This document shows positions 26,092 to 32,000 of a stretch of 32,000 nt of DNA, piece after piece. Location: NCBI RefSeq assembly GCF_000186885.1, contig NC_014972.1, forward strand, positions 3,270,001 to 3,302,000. The letters are read 5' to 3'. Position numbers and translations under genes: made by a program. The stretch comes from Desulfobulbus propionicus DSM 2032 (lineage in GTDB: Bacteria > Desulfobacterota > Desulfobulbia > Desulfobulbales > Desulfobulbaceae). Position 1 is the first letter of the stretch. The number at the start of each line of letters is the position of its first letter. The notes under the pieces are model-generated. The model was not told where the DNA came from, searched no databases, and saw only the letters and a list, made by a program, of their open reading frames with translations.

Positions 26092-26137
26092 GGGATGCAC
26101 AAGCCAACAAGCAAGACATCAAAAGAGGAGAACACAA

Positions 26138-26437
26138 ATGAAGAAACGATTACTGCGGTTATGGTGGGCGTTCCTGACCCTGGTGCTGTTTGCTCCGAGC
26201 CTGTCCCTGGCGGCGGGTGGCGGGAAAAGCGCCCCCATTGTCATTGTTGCCGATACGCGCAAACTGGACGGCATCATGGCTTGGTGGGCCAACTTGTACA
26301 ACGAAAGTCACGTGTACTTCATGATCCTGACCATCATCATCATTCCCCTCACCGGCGTGATCTTCGGTGTCCTAGCGGACATCATCATGGGTTGGATCGG
26401 CATCGATCTGAAATCCCGCGAACTGGCTGAACATTAA
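26138..26437 (+). CDS. Small secreted/type-I membrane protein (99 aa), first gene of the envelope operon
   Basis: Lies within ORF 25886..26437. ATG 26138 is preceded by AAGAGGAG. Signal peptide MKKRLLRLWWAFLTLVLFAPSLSLA|AGGG, a short periplasmic segment (APIVIVADTRKLDGIMAWWANLYNESH), then one C-terminal TM helix (VYFMILTIIIIPLTGVIFGVLADIIMGWI). Confidence 0.8.
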   Translation: MKKRLLRLWWAFLTLVLFAPSLSLAAGGGKSAPIVIVADTRKLDGIMAWWANLYNESHVYFMILTIIIIPLTGVIFGVLADIIMGWIGIDLKSRELAEH

Positions 26438-26458
26438 TTCGATTTCAAGGAGACCCTC

Positions 26459-27514
26459 ATGGACTGGCTTTATATTCTCATGCCCATTGCCGGTGTTAAG
26501 ATTTTCTGGCCCGGCCTCATTATCCTCGGTATCGGCGTTGGTATCATTGGCGGTTTCTTTGGCATGGGCGGTGCCTGGATGGTGACCCCCGGCCTTAACA
26601 TTCTCGGTTTCCCCATGGCCTTTGCCATCGGCACCGACATCGCCCACATGGCCGGAAAATCACTCATCTCCACCATGCGGCACGGCAAGTTCGGCAACGT
26701 TGACTACAAACTCGGCATGATCATGCTGGTCGGCACGGTGGTCGGCTTCGAGTGCGGCGCCCAGATGGTTATGTGGCTGGAGCGCCTTGGTTCGGTGGAA
26801 AAGGTTGTCCGCTGGATCTATGTCGGCCTGCTGCTGTTCATTGCCTGGACCGTCTTCCACGATGTGGCCAAACGCAAGGCCAAAGAGAAGGCTGCCGCTG
26901 AAAAAGGCGAGACCCTGGAAGCCGGCGCCACCGGTGTCGAGTGGCACAAGACCCTGCACAAGATCAAGATCCCGCCGATGGTCCATCTCAAGGCCGCTGG
27001 CATCTACTGCTCCGCCTGGCTGCCGATCTTCGTCAGTTTCCTTACCGGTTGGCTGGCCGGTATCCTCGGTATCGGCGGCGGTCTGATCCGTATGCCCGCC
27101 CTGATCTACATGATCGGTTGCCCGACCCATGTTGCCGTCGGCACCGACCTGTTTGAAGTGGCCATTTCCGGTCTGTACGGTGCAGCCACCTATACCTTCA
27201 AGGGCCGGACCGAACTGGTCGCCGCCATGGTCATGCTCGTCGGCGCCGCCATGGGTGCCCAGGTTGGCGCGGTCGCCACCAAGTACATCAAGGGCTACGG
27301 CATCCGTATCATCTTCGGCTACGCGGTTCTCGGCTGCATGGCCTCCATCCTGATGAAGCTCGTCCAACCCTGGCTGCCGCAATACAAGGATCTGCTCAAC
27401 AACATGGCCACCATCACCGTTCTTGGCCTGATCACCGCCATGTCGGCCTACATCTTCATCAAGATGGTCCAGGGCGTGAAGAAGGAATTGGCCATGAAAC
27501 AACAGAAAATTTAA
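26459..27514 (+). CDS. TauE/SafE (sulfite-exporter) family anion permease, long-loop variant
   Basis: 351 aa with 4+4 TM architecture. Both halves carry GGFFGMGGAWMVTPGL and GILGIGGGLIRMPALI repeats. The central charged loop reads KRKAKEKAAAEKGETLEAGATGVEWHKTLHK. AAGGAG RBS upstream. Confidence 0.88.
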   Translation: MDWLYILMPIAGVKIFWPGLIILGIGVGIIGGFFGMGGAWMVTPGLNILGFPMAFAIGTDIAHMAGKSLISTMRHGKFGNVDYKLGMIMLVGTVVGFECGAQMVMWLERLGSVEKVVRWIYVGLLLFIAWTVFHDVAKRKAKEKAAAEKGETLEAGATGVEWHKTLHKIKIPPMVHLKAAGIYCSAWLPIFVSFLTGWLAGILGIGGGLIRMPALIYMIGCPTHVAVGTDLFEVAISGLYGAATYTFKGRTELVAAMVMLVGAAMGAQVGAVATKYIKGYGIRIIFGYAVLGCMASILMKLVQPWLPQYKDLLNNMATITVLGLITAMSAYIFIKMVQGVKKELAMKQQKI

Positions 27515-27538
27515 TCCGGATCGCATAAGGAGACCAGA

Positions 27539-28153
27539 ATGAACGTGAAACAGATACTGCTCACCATGGCCGCGGCCGCCATGGCCATGACGCTCACGGC
27601 ATGCAAGGAAGATTACGGCAAGGTGGAACAAGGTCGGGCCATCGCCTTTGACAAGGACAAGAAAGAGGTTACCCTGATCCATGACAGCGCCATGGATCCC
27701 CAGAAACCGGTGTACGATGTCCTGCCTCCCTCGGTGTTCAAGCTGCCGACCGATCCCAAGGAAACAGGCCCCGAACCCAAGGCCGGGCAGCGTTTGAAGC
27801 TGGACACGGACAAGAAAATCATCGTGATCTTCGACACCAATACCCAGAAAATCGTCGAGGTGCCGATCACCATCGTGGATCTGCAACAGCCCGTCGACAA
27901 GGAGCATCCGCTGGTGTATGACAAGGCCGAGAAGAAGGCCAAGAAGTTCCCGGCCGTGGACAAAGAGAAGAAGACCATCACCATTTACTCCGGTCGCCAG
28001 AAAATGCTCTGCACCTTCTCGGTCCCGGACCAGTACTTCAGCTATCCTGACAGCACCTGGGACGCAGGCGATGAAGTACGGCTCTACTACAAGACAGCTG
28101 GCCAATCGCTGCGGTTCATGAACATCTCCAAAACCGATATCTTCAAGAAGTAA
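27539..28153 (+). CDS. Lipoprotein of unknown function
   Basis: 204 aa. Signal peptide with lipobox (AMAMTLTAC). The mature part is Lys/Asp-rich and beta-rich. AAGGAG RBS upstream. From memory it may belong to a Desulfovibrio-type DUF lipoprotein family, but I cannot verify this. Confidence 0.85.
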   Translation: MNVKQILLTMAAAAMAMTLTACKEDYGKVEQGRAIAFDKDKKEVTLIHDSAMDPQKPVYDVLPPSVFKLPTDPKETGPEPKAGQRLKLDTDKKIIVIFDTNTQKIVEVPITIVDLQQPVDKEHPLVYDKAEKKAKKFPAVDKEKKTITIYSGRQKMLCTFSVPDQYFSYPDSTWDAGDEVRLYYKTAGQSLRFMNISKTDIFKK

Positions 28154-28208
28154 AGGCTCCACAGCGGGCGGGAGTCATCCCGCCCGCTGCTCCACCGAGA
28201 GGTTGACC

Positions 28209-28430
28209 ATGTCGGACTATACTTTCTTTCTCTTGCACAAACTGTTGGTGATCGGAATCAACTGCCTGGTGGTCCTGGCCCTGTTCATCGCCATGTATCG
28301 CGCCTCGCTTTATCCGGACGATTTTAATCTCACCTTTTTCAAGACCATCTTTTCCCTGCTCATCCCCACGCTGATCCTCGGGTGCATCGGCAAACGATTC
28401 CTCCGCAGCCGTTGCAACACCTCGATATGA
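28209..28430 (+). CDS. Small 2-TM membrane protein (73 aa)
   Basis: ATG 28209 with GAGAGG about 8 nt upstream; the track start at 28203 is a TTG. Two hydrophobic helices (LLVIGINCLVVLALFIAMY and FSLLIPTLILGCIG). Its stop overlaps the next gene's start (ATGA at 28427..28430). Confidence 0.6.
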   Translation: MSDYTFFLLHKLLVIGINCLVVLALFIAMYRASLYPDDFNLTFFKTIFSLLIPTLILGCIGKRFLRSRCNTSI

Positions 28431-29266
28431 CCGCAGGCTTTGGATTCGTCATCTGGCAAAAACGCGCTGGCCTGGTGGCCATGGTGTTGCTGGTGGCGGC
28501 CCTGCTGTCCCTGGCCGACGCGCTTGTGGGCGGCTTCCGGGGCGGGGGGGGGCTAATCGAACTCCTCCCCGGCGATCACTATCTCATCAGCGGCCCCCTG
28601 CCGCCACGAACCGAGGCAATCAGGGATTTTGTCATCGATGGCCAGCCCGATGATGGCTCGGTTCGCCTCATCCCGAAAACCATCTTTTCCGGATACTGGT
28701 TCGGCGGGTCGATGTGGCGCGGAGCCATCGAGGTCGATCCCCATGCCCAGGAAGGCCACCATGTGTTTCGCGTCAAGGACCCCTACGGCGAAAAACAGAA
28801 TCCCGCGCTGGTCTTCAATGTCCGCGTTTGGCCCGACCAGGCCACCCTCAATGCCCATTCGCCTTCGCTCCTGACCCGGCTGACCGGAGTGAGCCCCTTC
28901 GTCGTCGCCGTTGCCTTCGCCTTGGGCGGCATCGCGGGGATGGCGGCCAATTTCCTTTTCGGACGTTTGTGGGCGCGGCATCTCCACACCCACCACTGTG
29001 GCGAAATTTACAAGCTCCGCCAGACGGAACGAGGCACGGAAATAACCTGTGAACTTCACTGTGGCCGAGCCCTCCAACCCGGCATGGACGGGGCAGTCTA
29101 TCGACCATCTGGCGAGCTTTTGGGCGCAGCCAAGGTGATTAACTGTGAAAACGGCGAGGTCTTGCTGCTGATCAGTCAGTCCATTGATGTGCGTTTGGGC
29201 GATGTCGCCTGTGTCCAGGTCGAGAGCAAGCAGAATGGCTCGGAGAGGGGCAGCTCCGCCGTTTGA
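28427..29266 (+). CDS. Bitopic/2-TM membrane protein with periplasmic domain and Cys/His-bearing cytoplasmic C-terminal domain
   Basis: Lies within ORF 28382..29266. The start is ATG 28427 (MTAGFGFVIWQKRAGLVAMVLLVAALL), overlapping the upstream stop. TM1 is followed by about 130 aa (LLPGDHYLISGPLPP...VFNVRVWPD), then TM2 (VSPFVVAVAFALGGIAGMAANFLF), then RHLHTHHCGEIYKL...ITCELHCG... and a beta-rich tail. Confidence 0.75.
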   Translation: MTAGFGFVIWQKRAGLVAMVLLVAALLSLADALVGGFRGGGGLIELLPGDHYLISGPLPPRTEAIRDFVIDGQPDDGSVRLIPKTIFSGYWFGGSMWRGAIEVDPHAQEGHHVFRVKDPYGEKQNPALVFNVRVWPDQATLNAHSPSLLTRLTGVSPFVVAVAFALGGIAGMAANFLFGRLWARHLHTHHCGEIYKLRQTERGTEITCELHCGRALQPGMDGAVYRPSGELLGAAKVINCENGEVLLLISQSIDVRLGDVACVQVESKQNGSERGSSAV

Positions 29267-29401
29267 AAAAGAATTGACAACCCCAGCCATGCTTTGTAGG
29301 GATTACAGGCGCATAACAGGGCGTGATCCGTAACGGGCACCGTGTCCGTCTGTGTGGCACACCGCGGCATCGGCAAAGGCATGGTAGGGGAAGAGTCAAG
29401 A

Positions 29402-29440
29402 CACACGTTGACACAGGGTATTTTTTCTCACCACACGTTG
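29402..29440. repeat. Direct repeat CACACGTTG x2 upstream of the sensor kinase gene
   Basis: CACACGTTG occurs at 29402..29410 and 29432..29440, exactly 30 bp apart, 50-90 nt upstream of ATG 29492. The first copy overlaps a TTGACA hexamer. Function unknown. Confidence 0.45.
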
Positions 29441-29491
29441 CATCCCGATTCCAGGAGGGTAGCCTGACGGGGCCGGGATAAGGATTCCACC

Positions 29492-31144
29492 ATGGAAAGA
29501 AACTATCGAAAACTCTGGTGGCAGCACTGTCTGGCCATTATTTGTTTTTCCGTTGTTCCCCTGTTGTTCGTCAACATCTCCCTCTACGTGCTCTTTGACC
29601 GGATATACACCGACACGGTCACGGAAACCCTGCGGAGCTCGGCCGAAAACCGACGCGACGCCATCGACCTGTTTTTTTCCGAGCGTATCGCCCAGCTGTT
29701 CACTGTCGCCAACACCAACACCTTCAAGGACCTCACCGACGAGAACTATCTCAACCGCGTGTTCGACATCATGCATGCCAAGTCCACTTCCTACATGGAT
29801 ATTGGCATCATTGACAACGAGGGCCGCCACCTCTCCTATGTTGGCCCCTACTACGACCTGCTCAAACAGGTCAACTACAAGAACGAACCCTGGTTCAACG
29901 CCGTCAAGGCCAACGGTATCTACATCAGCGACATCTTCATGGGGTATCGCAAGGTGCCTCATTTCATTATCGCGGTCATGGTTCGGGAGAAGAGTACCTC
30001 CTGGATCCTGCGGGTGACGATCAACCTGAAGAACATCGACGACATCGTCCATAAGGCGTGGATCGGCACCCTGAGTGATGCCTACATCGTCAACGGCAAG
30101 AATATCCTCCAGACCAGGCCGCGCTTCGGCGGCGACTTCCTTGAACCCGCCGGTGGACCGGATTTTTCTTCAACCGTGGCCACCAAGATCTCCCGACTCG
30201 CCTATAAAGGCAGCGAGGCGTTCTACGCCGCCATTCCCGTCGCCAACACCAAGTGGGTGCTGGTGATCAAGGAAAATCCCGATGAAATTCTTTCCCCGCT
30301 GCAAAAGGGCAAATATTGGATGGCCTTCCTTTCGCTGCTGGGCTTGACCATCATCGCCACCGGCGCCGCCTTGTTCACCAACACCCTGATCAACCGCATC
30401 GAGGAAACGGATCGCGAGAATGCCGCCAATTCCGATATGCTGCTCCAGGCCAACAAGATGATCGCCCTCAGCAAGATGGCTGCGGGCATCGCCCATGAGG
30501 TCAACAATCCCCTGGCTTCGATTTCCGAAAAGGCTGGTTGGATGAAAGACCTGCTTGCCGAAGAGGATATCGCCGCCAGCCCCAATTTCGCCGAGTTCAG
30601 TGAATCGATCGACAAGATCGAGTATCATGTCGACAGGGCAAGAAAAATAGTTCACAACCTGCTTGGTTTTGCCCGAAGAATGGAACCAGCCAAAGAGAAG
30701 ATCAACATCAACAACCTGCTCGACGAAACGACCGGATTGCTGGAAAACGAGGCCCGGTATGTCAACATCCTCATCAAAAAGCAGTATGCGGAAAATGTCC
30801 CGGTGATCACCAGCGACCTGTCCCAGATCCAGCAGGTGGTGCTCAACCTGCTCAACAATGCCATCGACGCCATCGGCAGTGACGGCACGATCACTGTCGG
30901 CTCGCGCTATCTTGAGGACACCGACCAGGTGGAGCTGTGGGTCGCCGATACCGGCAAGGGCATACCTGAAGCCGAGCAGAGCAAGATCTTCGAACCGTTC
31001 TTCACCACCAAGGCTGTTGGCAAGGGCACGGGCCTTGGACTTTCCATTTCATACAGCATTATCGAAAAGCTGGGCGGGAAAATGCGGGTTCAGAGCAAGG
31101 TAGGCGAGGGAACGATGTTCACCATTCTTCTTCCGAAAAATTAA
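29492..31144 (+). CDS. Membrane sensor histidine kinase (Cache-like periplasmic domain, HisKA, HATPase_c), paralog of 15421..17190
   Basis: 550 aa. TM helices [21 protein letters not shown] and [20 protein letters not shown]-box [14 protein letters not shown]-box [13 protein letters not shown]-boxes ADTGKGIP and [12 protein letters not shown]. Confidence 0.93.
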   Translation: MERNYRKLWWQHCLAIICFSVVPLLFVNISLYVLFDRIYTDTVTETLRSSAENRRDAIDLFFSERIAQLFTVANTNTFKDLTDENYLNRVFDIMHAKSTSYMDIGIIDNEGRHLSYVGPYYDLLKQVNYKNEPWFNAVKANGIYISDIFMGYRKVPHFIIAVMVREKSTSWILRVTINLKNIDDIVHKAWIGTLSDAYIVNGKNILQTRPRFGGDFLEPAGGPDFSSTVATKISRLAYKGSEAFYAAIPVANTKWVLVIKENPDEILSPLQKGKYWMAFLSLLGLTIIATGAALFTNTLINRIEETDRENAANSDMLLQANKMIALSKMAAGIAHEVNNPLASISEKAGWMKDLLAEEDIAASPNFAEFSESIDKIEYHVDRARKIVHNLLGFARRMEPAKEKININNLLDETTGLLENEARYVNILIKKQYAENVPVITSDLSQIQQVVLNLLNNAIDAIGSDGTITVGSRYLEDTDQVELWVADTGKGIPEAEQSKIFEPFFTTKAVGKGTGLGLSISYSIIEKLGGKMRVQSKVGEGTMFTILLPKN

Positions 31145-31150
31145 GGGTAC

Positions 31151-31537
31151 ATGATGGATACGTTGCGGGTTTTATTTGTGGATGACGAGGATGATTTTCG
31201 GGAAACCATTGTCAAAAGGCTGAATGCAAGAAAAATCCAGGCCATGGGTGCCGAAAGCGGTTTCAAGGCCCTGGAAATTCTTAAAGACCACGATTTTGAC
31301 GTCATGGTGCTGGACGTCAAGATGCCGGGCATGGACGGGATTGAAACCCTGCGGCACGTGAAGAAGATGAAACCGGAGATCGAGGTCATCATGCTCACCG
31401 GTCATGCCTCGGTGGAGTTTGGCCTCAAGGGCATGCAGCTCGGTGCCTTTGACTATGTGATGAAACCGGCGCCGCTCAACGAACTGCTCGACACCATCGG
31501 TCAGGCCTACAACAAGAAACGTGGCGTGATTCACTGA
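31151..31537 (+). CDS. Single-domain response regulator (REC)
   Basis: 128 aa. LRVLFVDDEDDF...FDVMVLDVKMPGMDGI...MLTGHAS...FDYVMKP. Confidence 0.93.
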   Translation: MMDTLRVLFVDDEDDFRETIVKRLNARKIQAMGAESGFKALEILKDHDFDVMVLDVKMPGMDGIETLRHVKKMKPEIEVIMLTGHASVEFGLKGMQLGAFDYVMKPAPLNELLDTIGQAYNKKRGVIH

Positions 31538-31652
31538 AAGAGCCACGTCAGCGAAATGCTGGCCGTCATGCTTCCATGTCCGGCCGCCACCGGACAGCAC
31601 GGCAAGCAGGCAGGGCGCAACGGTATCGCATTGTGACGGAGAGGCCGAACCA

Positions 31653-32000
31653 ATGAGAGTCTGGGATACAAGTCATCTGCTCGATGATATACCGGCCAGC
31701 AAAACCGCTTCCACCGAGCATGTCTACGACTATACCGACAGTCAGGCCAACCTGAACCGCATTCGACAGCACTTCAAACAGCTCCAGACCCGGTTGATCC
31801 TGGGCTTGGTGGTCGGCTTTCTGCTGCCCAACGCCCTGCTTTCCGCCTACTTTCATTACCAGTTTGCCCATACCCTGAAAAACAGCGCCAAGCTCAATCT
31901 GATCGCGGTGGCGGAGAGCCAGAAAAACACTATCGATCTCTACCTGCAGGAACGGCTGGTCAATCTGTACAACCTGTTCCACAGCAAGGAATTCACCCTG
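31653..32000 (+). CDS. N-terminal part of a third paralogous sensor histidine kinase (runs off the right window edge)
   Basis: Absent from the ORF track because it has no stop in the window. My translation from ATG 31653 (GGAGAGG about 9 nt upstream) is MRVWDTSHLLDDIPASKT...RLILGLVVGFLLPNALLSAYFHYQFAHTLKNSAKLNLIAVAESQKNTIDLYLQERLVNLYNLFHSKEFTL. It is open to position 32000. The TM helix and post-TM segment parallel [22 protein letters not shown] of the 29492 kinase. The minus ORF 31566..31982 is its shadow. Confidence 0.75.
   Translation, partial: MRVWDTSHLLDDIPASKTASTEHVYDYTDSQANLNRIRQHFKQLQTRLILGLVVGFLLPNALLSAYFHYQFAHTLKNSAKLNLIAVAESQKNTIDLYLQERLVNLYNLFHSKEFTL

Noticed and set aside
26660-28162. 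500-aa minus-strand ORF, the second-longest ORF in this part of the track.
   Set aside because: It is antisense to two well-supported plus-strand genes (the TauE-like permease and the lipoprotein), each with an AAGGAG RBS. Its translation is low-complexity and rich in H, D, G, L, Q and R, with no motifs. This is the typical shadow ORF of GC-rich DNA.
29355-29370. A perfect TGGCAC hexamer upstream of the 29492 kinase that looked like a sigma-54 -24 box.
   Set aside because: The nearest downstream GC dinucleotide is one base too close (TGGCAC-ACCGCG-GCA), and there is no TTGC. Sigma-54 spacing is strict, so I did not call it.
1-32000. A scan for CRISPR arrays, IS or transposase genes, integrases, tRNA/rRNA genes and phage or defence-system genes.
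   Set aside because: I saw no regularly spaced direct repeats, no transposase- or integrase-like ORFs, no cloverleaf-like or rRNA-like sequence, and no nuclease, methylase or ATPase defence signatures. A by-eye scan can miss short or degenerate elements.

Overview
GC-rich (about 58-60% by eye) chromosomal window whose gene content resembles an anaerobic Desulfobacterota (deltaproteobacterial) genome; this taxonomic guess is inference only. The left third is mostly housekeeping: an edge-truncated REC-GAF-class III cyclase that is absent from the ORF track, rarA, a secreted metallophosphoesterase-like protein, ppaC, a BI-1/YccA membrane protein and minCDE. An arsenic island follows: radical SAM/SPASM plus thioredoxin-like genes, a divergent arsR plus CxC permease, and a convergent acr3. 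The right 60% is dense in signalling genes. A PAS histidine kinase and NtrC-type activator sit upstream of a candidate sigma-54 promoter. That promoter would drive a five-gene operon encoding, in order, cytidylate-kinase-like/BON/REC, Cache-HK, REC, a catalytically degenerate HK-like protein and REC. Next come a membrane-fused spermidine-synthase-like protein and a membrane-anchored sigma-54 activator with a non-Fis winged-helix C-terminus. That activator is divergent from a tightly packed five-gene envelope operon built around a TauE/SafE-like permease. A paralogous Cache-HK/REC/HK module runs off the right edge, and its last gene is also absent from the ORF track. The observations I rate highest are: (1) an in-frame TGA followed by an fdhF-like SECIS hairpin, suggesting a selenocysteine in a C-G-U motif of the secreted metallophosphoesterase-like protein that ORF callers truncate; (2) the activator-controlled TauE-centred envelope operon of unknown function; (3) the sigma-54 cascade feeding a His-Asp-His-Asp-ordered relay with an unusual kinase-like/BON/REC protein; (4) a peptide-less radical SAM/SPASM enzyme inside the ars island. 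I saw no rRNA, tRNA, CRISPR array, IS element or phage gene. All product calls come from motif recognition by eye; no database search was possible.
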